Positions 1-33,693 are shown, numbered from the stretch's first letter. The stretch is 64,000 nt of DNA from Amoebidium appalachense (GCA_963693365.1 CAVNZM010000002.1:4170259-4234258); one strand, 5' to 3'. Translations and numbers: made by a program. Notes: generated by a model from the letters alone, not told the origin.

Positions 1-453
1 AGCGCTCGTTGTTTCAGGAATAGTCTTATTGGTAACCAATCAAAACGTGCCACATAGGCGGCACCACCAGTTTTACCACGCTTTTACTGTACACGTGCTA
101 TACAGTGGAGATCTAATAAGTATAAGGTGGCATCATTTGCATGCCCAAACAACACACACACACACCAGTTTAACCGGTCATGTATCGCCAAATGTAGTTT
201 GATAGACCACATAATACCGCAACACACACACATCACATTCACAACAGACACCCAGAAAGATAGCCTACCTGTAAATTACAACATCCTTGATTTTATACTA
301 AACACGCGTAACTACGACCTGTTTATTAGATGTATTGATTGGCTTGAGAAACACATCACTACAAAATTATAGCGCACGCGCACACACACACACAAACACA
401 CACACACACACACACACACAACCAGCTGATACCGAGTGTCCCGAGGGGAGCCC

Positions 454-457
<4 letters not shown>

Positions 458-535
<78 letters not shown>
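458..535 (+). repeat. Poly(A) tract of about 78 nt
   Basis: Uninterrupted A run; possibly a retroposon tail, no clear TSD. Confidence 0.8.
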
Positions 536-536
<1 letters not shown>

Positions 537-1127
537 GGGGAACCCCAACTAATTGATTTCTCCTTGTAGTCTTTATGGTGTCTCGTAGAGAAAGTAAACC
601 CTGATATATAGTCACCACCCGACATCTATGTACGTGATCATGATATACCGCTGAGGGGATATTCCGAGCAAACCCCCCCCCCCCCTACCTGAGACTGGTT
701 CTCTTTGCCTCGAGTAAACAGCGTAAACCCCCCTTTTACTTGTGTCAACAAAACCTCAAAACCAAACCAGTTCGCCGAATCCGCCCACTGCATTGTTACG
801 TCTTTCACCATCGCTCGTCTCAGAGTATATGAGTTTCTTGGATTCCACTTTGCTGGTTTGGTAATGTGGTCCTTGTATGTGCTCTTGAATGGGGCACAAA
901 TGAGGATTCTAGCGGGTGGCTAACACAGCAATAAAAGTCTTGGGTAGATGGTGCCCCCATCTACCCATGGCCACAAACCTTAGCCGAGTTGACTTTTTGT
1001 TTGCTGCGTTTATACACTCTCCAAAACACTATGTATGGCCTCTGAAAGTTTGCCCACGTCTTTCAAAGCTCCTCCTAAGGCTGCTCATGTAAGCCCCGAG
1101 GCATGGTCTCTATTCTCTCCCTCGCAG

Positions 1128-1847
1128 GTCATCCTCGCCATACACCTAAGATCTCTTCCCCATGTCCCTTCCTCTCACCCCCCCCCCCCCCCCCCCCCCC
1201 CCCACTGCCCCCCCCCCCTTTTCAACCCCCCCCCCTCTCCCCTCCCCCCTCCCCCCAATCCTCCTTGCTCAATTCCTCCCACCATAACTAGAAACCCTAA
1301 CCCCATATCAAAATACCTTTCCCAGATGCCTCCAGCTTCTCCCCCCTCCCCTCCCGCCCCTTATATTCCTCCTCCGTTACCCAAAATCCTCTCTTTCAAC
1401 CCTGTCTCCTGCTGTTCCACCCCAGGCCCCATTCCATTCCCCTTGTTCCTTACCTTCCATCCTTTCCCTTTTTCCCTGTCAACACTATACACCGTCGGAC
1501 TCTGTTTCGGATATCCCTTAGGCATCTTTCCCAATCCCCCCCCCCCCTCCCCCCCCTCAAAACCCCCACCCCCCACCCCCACCCCCCTCTTGCAGTGCAA
1601 AGCTCCCCTCTTCCCCCCCCCCCCCCCCTCACCTCTCCCCACCGCACTGTGACACTTGTTGATTCAGAATTGGTACGCATGCCGCTTTGAACATTTATCT
1701 CCCCTTCCCTTCCTAGCCGCCTCCGGAACCGCATGCGTGCTTGTCTCTTATGGTGCTTATGCGCCCGTCTAGGTGTGACATTAATGGTATCGTCAGCCTC
1801 CCTTCATGTGTAACTTTCCCCTGTATTTCCAATGTGTGATTTTGTCC

Positions 1848-1894
<47 letters not shown>

Positions 1895-2437
1895 CCCACC
1901 CCCCCCACCCCCACCCCCCACCCCTCTGCCCCATCCCACACCCTCCCGTTCCCTCCTCCGTTTTGTCCTGTTTCAGACTCCCGTACATTAAACTTTATCT
2001 CTAAGATCTTTCAACTTAATTTTGCTTCCTCTGCCAACCTGCTGCCCCCAGCTTATTTCACAAGCGGCAGAGCCATCTTGCTCATCTCCGTATGGACCGG
2101 GTGTGCTACTTAGGCCACTTCTTTTAATCAACCCCTCCCCCCCCCCCCCCCCCCCCCCTCACCCCATTTGGAAGAATGCAGATCCCCCAACCCTTCACCG
2201 TGTTTCATGGCACAATGGGTTTCTACTGGTTTCGTGCTTGTTGTTACCAGCTTGCTCCCCTCCCCCTCCTCCGCCCCCCGGGGCCTCCCCCCTCCCCCCC
2301 CCTTACACGCACACTCACTGACACTCAACACCTCTTCATTCCCTTCTTTAACCCCTCCTCCCCCCGAATCTTTTATCTCGACCTCCTCTTATCTCTTATC
2401 GTGTCGAGGGTCCTTTGCCGAGGGTCTTTCACCGTGG

Positions 2438-2488
<51 letters not shown>

Positions 2489-3675
2489 CCCTTGGGGCAC
2501 CCGCCCATTCCATGTACTCCCCATCATGTTTGCTGTCCTTTCGGTCCGATCGGAGGGGGGTGTTGAATATGCACACGCCCGTACATGAGCATACTCTTTA
2601 TGTTAGTTATGATCCTATACTTCAACGGCTTTTTTCTGCTTATCAAGTTGAACACACAGGTACCGTCTGTTCTTTCCAGCCACACACATGCTAAGACATT
2701 ACACGCACATACACGAACGACGATTGCCCTTCACTGTACTTCCTCACCTGCCTCCCATGTGTTGTGCTGTCTGCCACGAATGTGATCACCCTCATTACTC
2801 TATAACACATATATCCCCCCTCCCCCCCCCCCTCCCCCCCCCCCCCCTCCCCCCTCCCCACCCACCCACCTTCCCCTCGCCCAGCTGCAGTGTTCCACAC
2901 ACCCCTGTGTACAGACAACGAAGATGACCAAGAAAGGGAGACAGACAGAAAGGGAAGAAAAGACGAATCGGCCACGGTGTGCTCCTCAATCAGACACACG
3001 TACATATGCATGTGCATAGGACTGATCAACTGAATGCACGTGCCGTTCTCAAAGCATCAGATATCATCATGATATGATGACAGATTCATAGCTGTTTCTG
3101 ATTTTTTGATGATTAATTAATAAAGCCATGAAATCACCCCGGCTGGCTATATATGAAACTGAGATGACAAGTCCTTCCCTTCCCCCCCCTCCCCCCCCCC
3201 CCCCCCCCCCCCCCCTTGTGATATTTAATGATACTATTGCATCTTTCCACATAGGTGTTTCGAATCCAGTGCATTGCAGAAGTTAACACTGGCCACCAGT
3301 ACACCCAAACAACCCCCCCCCCCCCCCTCCCCCACCCGATTTTCCGTCTGGGGGCCCAAAGTTTTGTTTGTCTTGTGACCAGCTGCAGCCTCCTGCATAT
3401 CAATCCCCATCCCCCCCCCCCCCCCCCCCCCCCCCCCCTCTGTATCTCCTGTGGTTGCCCCCCCCCCTCCCCCCCCCCCCCCCCCCTTCGCCCTTCAGTG
3501 TCTCCTTTCCATAATTCAACCCTCTAATGCATACATCCCCCCCTCCCCCCCCCTCCCCTGCAGCTGTCGCCGTCCGGGTTGACTCACCTATTGCCGTAGA
3601 AACAGAGGATGGGTTGGAATATCAAATGATTCTTTTGTGGCATGGGGATTTTTTATTTTCTTCACGAATAGCCTA
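1128..3675 (+). other. Possible divergent or decayed multi-exon gene (hydrophobic segments), unresolved
   Basis: Non-repetitive islands bounded by AG/GT between C-runs (e.g. 1977-2100 DSRTLNFISKIFQLNF...ILLISVWTG; ~2570-2659 YMSILFMLVMILYFNGFFLLIKLNTQ; 2914-2975; 3255-3298; 3563-3675). No start codon or recognisable family found. Confidence 0.25.
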
Positions 3676-4444
3676 GATGGGCTTTATTCAAGATTTGCTG
3701 TACATGTGCAGAGCTTTGGAGACCTTCCAAGGCAGCTCCCGAAACACAAATAACGTTTGTTTCTAAGTCACACTGTTCAATTGCTCGTGTCAAAGAGTTT
3801 GGTGACCACACAAGTTTAATAAAGACCCCCCTCCCCCACCCAAACCCGGGCTTGTTCCCCCCCTCCCCCCACCCCCCCCCGCCCCAAACAAAATAAAAAA
3901 GTTAACACCCACAAAAGCACCTCTCAAACCCCCCCCCTCCCCCCCCCCCCATAGACATACACTGTATCTCCATAGATAGATGTACATACACATTATACTA
4001 TCCCATACAAGGATAAAAATAAACAGAAGTGGACCCATTCCTTTGTACATAAATCACAAGGTCTAATCATCAAAGTTAGAGTTAGACACGCCCTTAAAAA
4101 GTGAAGCCACCTTTTGTTCTCAGCAGAGATGTGCCAAAGAGGAGATATATCCGTGGTATTCACCTTCCCTCCGGCCACCACTACCGATACCAAACCGTTT
4201 TGATTCCCATAAACATGTATGATAATCATTTAACTCGTTCGACAACAAACTCTCATTCGGTACATGTAGGTATATTGATATGTGTGTGCCAAGAACGTGT
4301 GTGTGCACGTGCGCATGCGTGCATTTGTGTGTGTGTGTTTGTGTGTGTGCGTGCGTGTGTGTGTGTGTGTTAGTGTGTGGGATTGCGACTGGATATCATG
4401 GGTGAATGGTGGCGGTGGTGTAAGGAACGAAGTTGAGGGGGTGA

Positions 4445-4475
<31 letters not shown>

Positions 4476-4485
4476 TGGCTGGTTT

Positions 4486-17628
<13,143 letters not shown>

Positions 17629-18455
17629 CTTCGAAGAGAAAAGATATATTTGGTCTATAAGGGATTTTTTGCGGCGAAAATAGTCAAAAACAAAAGTAAA
17701 TTTTTCACAGCCAACTCGCGGTGATCACTCGTGCTGAATCAAATGAACGTGCTGATCACCTCTTCGGAAAAAAAACACTGTTATCAACCACTACTAGGCT
17801 TACAAGAAAACATATACAGAACCTTCGCTATTTATTTTGCATGCATATCCATGCATTAGATACAAGAAATGAAATGGGAAATTGTCAAAGTTTACATGCA
17901 CCGGTGGCTTTCGAGAATGCTGATTTTTAATTACCGCGCCAAATTTTTAGAGGTCATGGATTGGTTAATCTAAATGTCACGTAAGTTAGATCGATTTTAT
18001 CACATTGGAATGTGTTCCATTCCTTACAGTTATCCGCTCTGGCAGTAGCTTCTGGCAGTGGCAAGACCGTCACGACGAAACGGGAGTCTTACGCGAGCGA
18101 CCCCCAACCACTTCGGCCCGCTGCAATAACTCGTACCTTTCTTCGTGTGCCTAAAAAGCCTTTTGGTCGATACCATTCATGAGTCCGCCTATATAAGCTT
18201 CCCTGTTCTTTTTTCAAACAGGGTTCACTTTGATACTCGCCTTCCTTGAAGTTTAGAGAATCGATGTATGGTGGCCATAACGCGTATCAGTCTTCAAACA
18301 CTCCGACCATCTTTTGCCTTTAGTAATTAATTCATTCTCCTTTACACATAAGCTTTCCCTACCACAGCCGCTCGTCTTCACCCAACCGGTTCCCTCGCAC
18401 TCGCTGTTTCTTGCCCACCTGTCAGTGTACGTGCGTGTGTTTCTTCGTCACAAAA
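17629..18455. promoter_or_regulatory. Bidirectional promoter region between divergent LRRC40 and syntenin-like A
   Basis: About 830 bp of microsatellite-free DNA between two outward-facing ATGs; includes ATTGG (CCAAT) motifs and an E2F-like CGCGCCAAA at 17935. Confidence 0.55.
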
Positions 18456-22185
<3,730 letters not shown>

Positions 22186-22425
22186 ACGCACAGAACAACA
22201 GTCCAGCATAACGTAGCCGGCCACGTCACCGGTTTGATACTTTGTAGGTTCCGACGATCTTATTGTTATCACAACTATTATAATTTTCTATTTGGATGCT
22301 CTTTTTGTGTGTAGGGACACCATTCGGGGGCCACTGAAAGAATGTATGCAATTAAGATACATGATACATCGGATAACAATGACTAGCATCGATATCCGTC
22401 CTTTTTTTTTGATGTTGATGTCGGG

Positions 22426-22487
<62 letters not shown>

Positions 22488-22497
22488 ATGGCCATAT

Positions 22498-22532
<35 letters not shown>

Positions 22533-22954
22533 AGGAGGGGGGTTGTTTCAAATCATCACATCATGGAAACACTGGGTGCGTTGATTTTACTCCTTTTGTG
22601 TGTGGTACATACATGTGTATTTGTCTGTAACATGGTGAAATGTTACTTACGTTTTCGATTCTCGGTGGTTACTTGGGGCAGTTGGGTGTTATCATGACCC
22701 TAAAAAAATGTTTCTGAAATATGTGTCCTGGGATATATTTGTGCTGGATCCTGCATGCGTGTGTACATGTGTGTTTGTCACGGTGTGTGTTGGGGAGAAA
22801 GGGGGGGGGGGGGGGGGGGGGGTAGGCACAGAAATAGTATGTAAAAATCATCTGCCATGCAGATATATGTTTGATGGCTTTCAATACGGTATACGAAGGA
22901 GTAAATAAACGGAGCATCTGCGCCATCTGTGTGTGTGTGTGTGTGTACATGTGT

Positions 22955-23017
<63 letters not shown>

Positions 23018-23693
23018 CTGGCTGAGGGGCTTCCCCAAACTATCGATAAATATCCGAAGGGACCTTTTGCCAAGAAGCAAGGTGTCGATCACGTGTGTTT
23101 ATTAACACAGGAGAAGCTCAGACAGATCAATGCTTCAAGGTTAAGTCCCCGATGAGTCATGATACGGGGATGAAAATATATAAACTTCGATTTCGCCATT
23201 TTTCACTTCCTTTATTTGGCAATCACACGATTTCTATAAGTGGAGATAGCATATAGTCAAGACCAATCACGGTGTGAACCATAAAGTCTAGCTGCCCTCA
23301 ACATGAAATAAATAGCACTGACGACAAAGAGACGTCAACCCGATTTAAAAATGCCGACAAGGGCAACATCTATACACATCTATTGGTCAAACACACCCCA
23401 GCTGTCATTTACACTCTGATCAAACCATTCCAAGCATATCCCAACATAAGTCCAAACAGAGGGCCAATCTCCTTAACATCAGAGCTCGAGTGTACACTGC
23501 TGTTATGCGGCATATACTGAACAAACCAGCCCATTCTATCTAAAACTGTAATCATTAACATGGTAACGAGAAATGAGAACCCTAGAGTGGGACATTCAAG
23601 ATTAGGTTAAATCATTTTGTCGATCGAAGCTCACCCACATTTATGTTCTCATGGAAAGTAGTACATCTGTATTTGACTTACTAAACTAGAGGT

Positions 23694-26764
<3,071 letters not shown>

Positions 26765-27041
26765 TTTCAACCACTTCAAAAGACCTTGTGGAGACAACAG
26801 AGTGGGTAGTTATATCTGGGCTTATTGAATTCTTTGCAGATAGCCACGGCGGGGGAATAGCGATCAGCAGGCCTGTAGGCCAAAGTGAAAGAGCAGAGAA
26901 TGAGAGAAAGAGGTATAGCACACACCAAGGATCTAGCTTGTGGTGGTTGACTGAAGATTGAAATCTCTTTCTATAGCAAGCTTGGCTTCGGTTCTGTGGA
27001 AGACGAAGGCCCTTTGTGAGCTGTGTTTGTGCTTGTGTATG

Positions 27042-27104
27042 ATTTTGGCGCCAAAATGTCACGGCCACCAATCCGATGGCAGTGATTCGTTCGTGATGAC
27101 GTCA
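27042..27104 (-). promoter_or_regulatory. Promoter module: palindromic E2F site, CCAAT box, CRE/ATF site (copy A)
   Basis: ATTTTGGCGCCAAAAT 27042-27057, CCAAT 27068-27072, TGACGTCA 27097-27104; all conserved in the paralogous copy. Confidence 0.65.
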
Positions 27105-27434
27105 GACATTAAAGTTCCCTCCGATTATGTTTCAAGAGTCCCGAGAGAGGAGGCAGCCGTGGAGTGAATCTGGAGGCAACATGAGATTGACAGTGTGACC
27201 GTGGTTAGTGATAGAGGAAAATTCGGCAGAGAGAGGTGAGGGTTTAGTCGTTTGGTTAAAGTGGGTTTGGTGGCTGTCTTGTTAAACAGCACAACCTCCT
27301 TTCGATGACTGAATAGCGTCTACTTCTTTGTGCTGGGGTTTTCGTTCCCACCCTCCCATCCCTGGATAGGTATAAGGGGGCATCTCCGGCCATTGTGGTT
27401 GGATTTGCTGTTCCCTTGACTAGGTATAGTGCAT

Positions 27435-27492
<58 letters not shown>

Positions 27493-27701
27493 CACACACA
27501 CACCACACACACACGATGGTGGCGCTTTAAATTAAAGTTTTAAGTTTTATGTTTAAAAAATTTATTTGTGTTACTATATGCAGTGTTTACACCCACGAAT
27601 AAATCTCCTCACTTGCTGTTCACATCATTTTCCATGTGTCAAGCTTCACGGGCAGCCAGGACGAACCGACAGGAATGGTTTTGCCTACGGCAATTATAGG
27701 G

Positions 27702-28381
27702 TGAGTCCCTTCCGGTGTTAGGACCGCAAAAACACCAACTACTAGTAGCCTATATGGCGGATACGGTTAGAGAGTCTCGTTCATACATAGATTCGTTTAT
27801 TCGTAATGTGGTGTGGTGTAAAAACGCAAAGATTATTATGGCTTGGCGGTGTAATCGGTTTCTGGTGTCTCCTGCTCGTATGTGTAATATGTGTGGGGGG
27901 CGGTTTACTCGCGGCTGCATATCTATCAATAAATGCAACCTGTTAGCTAATGTATTAGAACCGGAGGTTATTGGCGGTTTTATTCTCTTTTCTTCCTCTC
28001 TTCCTCAATATATCCGTTTTAAGATGACTATCCTAGATCACCTTATTAATGCTGCACAGTATGCATATTGTGATCCGGTGCCTTAACTTTCTTTCGGAGC
28101 TACCGATGCTAGCCTCTGCTTACCCATAATATGTAATAGGGGTGTCATATACTACGAGGGCGCTCATTGTTGCCTAGCATGTACATAGGTCACTGGCTGC
28201 ATTTGATTGGCTGTGCTGGAAAACGCAGTAGGCCGTCGAATGTGGCTGGGCCTCCTGACACTCCGGCAGTGTCCACGCAATAAAAAGTGTGTAAACCAAG
28301 GCCTCCTAAATAGCACACCAATTGTGTGCTATTTAGGAGGCCTTGTTTAGTGTGCTATTTAGGAGGCCTTGGTGTAAACCC
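27702..28381 (+). mobile_element. 5'-truncated LINE fragment (ORF2 C-terminal Cys-rich region plus 3' UTR) nested in the Kolobok-like element
   Basis: 11-bp direct repeat CAATTATAGGG at 27691-27701 and 28382-28392; ORF ...IMAWRCNRFL...CNMCGGRFTRGC...TILDHLIN resembles non-LTR ORF2 C-termini; AATAAA at 28279. Confidence 0.55.
28297..28371. mobile_element. 75-bp hairpin micro-MITE with 8-bp TSD
   Basis: GTGTAAAC at 28289-28296 and 28372-28379; 22-bp TIR CAAGGCCTCCTAAATAGCACAC with the right arm present twice. Confidence 0.65.
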
Positions 28382-28386
28382 CAATT

Positions 28387-28843
28387 ATAGGGCTAACGCG
28401 CCCTAATTGCCACATAGTCCGTGTATACACCAATCAAATGCAAGGTGGATACCAGGTTCGATTCGCTAGCTATCATGCGGCATTCAAAATAGTACAACTT
28501 CCTTTCTAGGATTGTGTAACGTCATTCCATAAGATTGTAAATTCAATTTTTGCATAGCGGCGTATGCACGAGTATACTAACTCTCTGCGGGACCAGCAAG
28601 TTAGTGAAAGTCGCTCTAGCAATGCGCTACGTTGTTGCAACTCAAAGTATCTGAAGCAAGTTTAAGAGATATTTTCCTGTGTGTAACATTGTATTGAGTT
28701 TTTTTTTTACTTTTGTGGTCTCTAGTCTCGAAAACGCACTGATGTGGCCACATCATGAGTCACATCAGACGTTGCGCAGGATTGGCGCTCATTTGATTGG
28801 TGTATACACTCTCTAATTGACATTAGTAGCGCGTTAGCCCTAT
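28387..28843. repeat. Bipartite inverted repeat (MITE-like)
   Basis: ATAGGGCTAACGCG...GTGTATACACCAATCAAATG (28387-28440) is the reverse complement of CATTTGATTGGTGTATACAC...CGCGTTAGCCCTAT (28790-28843). Confidence 0.7.
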
Positions 28844-29039
28844 GATATCGGAGGGAACTTTAAGGCTGGCCGTTAAAGAGAGCGTCACGGCCAACTTGTA
28901 AAACATCATTCTTGAAACATATTTCAAATTTGGCAAGATGGCCGTGGGCAGCACACACCAGTAACTACATTATAATACTCCTGCCTCCTCATGTCAGGCC
29001 ATCTTGGCTATGCTCTCGTGGAGGTTGAGGGGAGCGGGG

Positions 29040-29088
<49 letters not shown>

Positions 29089-29111
29089 CGGGGGGGGGGG
29101 GGGGAGGGGGG

Positions 29112-29147
<36 letters not shown>

Positions 29148-29329
29148 TTAATGGACGTGGGTGGGTGCATATGGTGGTGGTGGCCATGGTGGGTGAGGGT
29201 GGGATTGGGGTGGGGTGGGGTGCCGACCCAGGGTACTATAGATGGGTGGGTGGGTGGGTGGGGGAGGGGGGCCGGGGGGATGGGTGGGGGGGAGGGGGGA
29301 AGACTCAAGGGGTCCTAAGGGGTTTGACG

Positions 29330-29948
29330 AAAACATTGACAAATTTAAATATTCGGATGGACTTTTTCAATCAGCAAGAGGTGTGTTCTTTCACATATGG
29401 TGGGGGGGGGATCCAATGTGCTGTTTTATTAACATTTATCATGCTGCAGAAATTCAGAAAGCTTAACAATTCTTGAACAAGTAACAATTGAGTCATGCTA
29501 CATATACGGGGATGAGAACATAAAAAAAGTCTGCGTCGATTTCGGGATTTCTCGCGTCTCCGGATTCCTTTCTATGGCAATCAAAATCTCATAAAAGGAG
29601 ATAGCACCTTATATAGTCAAAGCTAATAATCCCGCTTGACGCCAATGCTTCGAGAATAGCACTGAGGTTTTATATATATATATATAAAAAGCAATAAAAA
29701 AAACCAAAAACATCACCCCTGGGCCACAAAGCGCCGACGTACACATATCCATGGCCGGTGGCCGCGCCCTATGAGTCATTAACCCAAACCCGTTACACTT
29801 AGCGTACATATCCATACATAAATCCAAACAGAAGGGCACTAGTCTTCTTAGCATCAGCGAACACTGCTCATAATAAGCGACAGTTGCTGAACACGAACCA
29901 GTCTATGACTATATTCCTTATTAATAACATGGCAACGAAAATTGAGAA

Positions 29949-29987
<39 letters not shown>

Positions 29988-30741
29988 TCTCAAAATTATA
30001 ATTAATACAAATCGTTTTGTCACGACTTGTCTTCTAGGTCTCCTGGGATATACATTTATATATCGGCATACAGAGCTAAACTTCAGTACCTCCCCCTCTC
30101 CCCTCTCTAATCTTCCCTTTTCATTCTCCACTGGTCTAATTTCGGAGCCCCCCCGCTTCCCCCCCCCACTTTTTCGCCTTGACAACAATCCACTCCCCCC
30201 CCCCCCCCCCCCCCCCTGCCCCCCGTTTCCGCCACTCACCACCCCTTTTTACCCTGCGCAGCCTCTCTCACTGTACACATGCAAGTCTTCAGTGTCACAC
30301 ATACACACATGCACACACGCATGCACCCAACCACACTGATATTTCGTATTCCACCTTGGCCCCCCTCCCCCCCCCCCCGCTCCCCCTCCCCCCTCCCCTG
30401 CCCCTCTTTCCCGATGCTTCCGGCCGATTACTATCTATTCCTACCCCCCTTCCCCCACCCTCTTCCTCCTCCTCCGTTTCTATTGTCCACTGCTTCTTCG
30501 TCACTTTCTACCTGAAGAGCAACCCCCATCCCCACCCCCTCCCTCCCCCCCCTCCCCCCCTCCCCCCGTCCTTAAACACACACACACATGCACGCACACA
30601 CGCACACACGCACGCACGCACGCACGCACACGCATGCACGCACGCACGCACGCACGCACACAAGCACGCACGCACGCACGCGCACACACACGCACACACA
30701 CATACAAACACACACTCTCACACCCACCCACCCACCCACAC

Positions 30742-30779
<38 letters not shown>

Positions 30780-31502
30780 ACACACACATGCACATACAAT
30801 CGCACGATCACACACGCACACGCGCGCGCACACACACAGACGCACACACACAAAACACACACAACATCAAAGTTTCAACACCCCCTACCTCCCCTTATCA
30901 CGTTGCTTCCAACCCCCTCCCCACTCTGATCCCTTCGTGCCCCGCTCCCCGAGACCCCGGTGGCACCCTACAGGCTTGGCCATAAAAAGACATGTGTGCT
31001 CACAAGGCACGAGCAAGGCTGGCTAACTTCGTTTCCGCAAAGGTAGGACCATTCCACCTTGGGTTACTTACTGACGGCACCCACCTCTCCGGGACTTGTT
31101 GCCCGTACGGGCTCTTGTGTGTGGGCAGCCTTCCAGAGTATCTAAGAGCTCTTCCTCTGCGGGTGACCATTGTATTTTTCTGGAGTCAAAAAGACAGTGA
31201 CGCAAAAACTTTTTCACCCACTTGAAAAACCCCATCAGAGTTAGCTAATGTGTAGTCACCTGGGCTAATAATCTTCCGTGGGCGTCGCCACCCGGAAGAA
31301 TCGGCGAAAAGTAGGCCTGTAGGCCGCTGTAAAGGTTCAGGAAGTGAGAGAATGAAGTATAGCACACACAAGGATCTGAGGGTCTAATTACAAAGTGCCT
31401 GACAGCACTGCCTGTTTGTGTTGCTCTTATTTTGCTTTTGGCGCCAAAATGTAACGGTCACCAATCATAATTCGTTCTTGATGACGTCAGACATTAAGGC
31501 TG
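29330..31502 (-). pseudogene. Degenerate copy B of the duplicated orphan locus
   Basis: 30990-31502 aligns with 26540-27112 (ATG changed to AAG, many C>T changes, 1-nt indel); 29330-29620 aligns with 23040-23260; internal exons were not found. Promoter motifs are retained at 31436-31489. Confidence 0.7.
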
Positions 31503-31713
31503 AAACGCTTTTATTTGCCCCCCTCCCTGTAGCCCGAGGTCCCGGTAAATACAGCTGCAGGCTCACACTTGGCTTGGGCCGCCCGCCCGCATGCTGGGCC
31601 CGTACAGTATCTCAAGTATATAGATATCAGGTGTTGTTTTCATATATCAAACGTTTTCTTCAGCTACTGATGATGGTACATAATAAAATACAAATAATAA
31701 TTTGATCAATTAG

Positions 31714-32239
31714 GGGGCGGGTTGGTGCAATGGTAAGATCTCTGCGTGTCAAGCTCAAAGTCGGTCCACCGGTCTGGCCGCCCCCTAGAAGCCATCACCC
31801 CAGACCACGTCAAGCAGCACCACCAATTTGTTATCATCCGGCCGCAAGACATGACGTCATGAACAGCACCGGCCCTCTGACGTCGACGGCGCGCCGCTTG
31901 GGCATCCCAGCCCAAATGGGAGACCAATCCGAGTCACCGGCCACGGTTCGGGTCAGCGTCCTGGGGTCTTCCCCTTTCAAGTCTTTATGTTTGTGTATGT
32001 GTCCCGGGTCGCTCCCGGCTGGTGTTGTTAAAGTGAGCTGTGCTCACTTCCCCACTAGCGTTGCTGCGGCTAGAACCGTGGGATAAGGCGTAACTAAAAA
32101 TAGTGCCAGTTGGGGTCAAATAGGATCCTGACTTATGAGTGTGCTATACAGTACGATCTGTGTCTAGACGGAAGACGGTAAGCTCCCCTGAGGCAGTGCC
32201 TCGCCGGGAGTGAAACGGGATAAAATAAAAAAATAAAAA
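31714..32239 (+). mobile_element. tRNA-derived SINE (about 525 bp)
   Basis: 15-bp TSD AATTTGATCAATTAG (31699-31713, 32240-32254). The head GGGGCGG..TGGTGCAATGG..GTC..CCGCCCC has an A box and acceptor-stem-like complementarity. A-rich tail. Confidence 0.82.
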
Positions 32240-32354
32240 AATTTGATCAATTAGATCAATTAGTAATGCACTAAAAATCTTCCGGCCCGAGGTGTTCATT
32301 TATTTTTTTATTATTTTTTTTTATTTTATTATTTTTTTTGTCCAGGGGCCGGGT

Positions 32355-32422
<68 letters not shown>

Positions 32423-32593
32423 GGGGGCCCCCGGGGGGGGGGGGGGGGGGAGAGAGAGAGAGAGAGAATGGCCGGGGGTATACGTAGGGCGGGGGGAGGG
32501 GCACGTGGGGGAGGAGGGGGGCAGCTGGGACAACCGTTATTATTATCAGTTGGTGTACTGTACCGTGTGTACGCGTGTGCGTGTACGCGTGCA

Positions 32594-32626
<33 letters not shown>

Positions 32627-32655
32627 AGTGTGTGTGCGTTTGACAACGTGTGCGC

Positions 32656-32686
<31 letters not shown>

Positions 32687-32814
32687 CATGTGTGTGTGCG
32701 TGTGGACGTGTGCGTGTTCGTGTGCACATTTGTACGTGTTTGTGCATGTGTGAGGGTGTAATACTACGTATCACAGGCGCATATATGCATGCAGGGGGGG
32801 GGGGGGGGGGGGGG

Positions 32815-32972
32815 TTTTGAATGCGTCAAAAAGTACGAAGTACACAAGAACAAACGGATAACACGATGCAGAATGCAAGCCATACATAAAGAGTATGCAT
32901 AATAAGCAGAGCCCATCCTCAGGGGGGGCCCACGTCATCCACAGTACCCGAGTTTCGACCTATTCCCCTCGT
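32815..32972 (-). mobile_element. Poly(C)-inserted retroposon, copy 1 (158 bp, most 5'-truncated)
   Basis: Near-identical to 40982-41138; G-runs on both sides (32794-32814, 32974-32993). Confidence 0.8.
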
Positions 32973-33613
32973 CGGGGGGGGGGGGGGGGGGGGATGTTGA
33001 GGGAGGGGATGCGCATACATGTACAGCCCACTGACAATGAGCCTAGTAGCAGCACTGCACTTAATTCTGCAGGTGTGACATGTGCATTGACTTCGCGGTA
33101 CATGCACAGTCGATCGGCAGTGTCGACCACCCGTCGAACTTTTACTATTGCAGACACTTTGTTCACAAGAACAAAGTGTTCTTACATGAATATCATAAGT
33201 GCGGGCATCACAGGCCACGGAGAAACAGAAGTACGGCATTTAAATTGACGTAATACAAAGCTTTGTCCATTCATACCGATATATGGGCATTAAAGAGCGG
33301 TTCACGATAATCATCGTCAATAAATCATGACATTACATAATGATAATCAATCAGATAAACAACAAATCCAATCATAAGGCAATACATACGCTACATGTAC
33401 ATTGCGGCGGTACACCACTCAGTGTGAATCACAGCTTAGTGATCCTTGAATGGTGTTCAAGTTTTAGACTGTAATACTCACTCACGGAAAGGTAATTTCA
33501 AAAGCAATGCATACATGCTCAAATCAGGGACCATTTATTTGCTCGATGCCGTCACATTTCGACCAGAAAAGAGAGTCATTATTTCCCTCACCTGACTAAA
33601 ACACGTATCCTCA

Positions 33614-33648
<35 letters not shown>

Positions 33649-33693
33649 CACACACACGAGTCACGACAGCAGGTTGATCTGTTCCCTACCCAA

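Larger units (their letters stand above)
27113..28859. mobile_element. Non-autonomous Kolobok-like DNA transposon (13-bp TIR, TTAA TSD)
   Basis: TTAA(27109-27112)-AGTTCCCTCCGAT ... ATCGGAGGGAACT-TTAA(28860-28863). The paralogous segment shows the empty site GACATTAAGGCTG at 31490-31502. Confidence 0.85.

Noticed and set aside
23340-23693. Coding-like continuation after the orphan gene stop, suggesting stop-codon reassignment
   Set aside because: Stops of all three types occur, and the intact genes use TGA and TAG as normal stops; decay or UTR is simpler.
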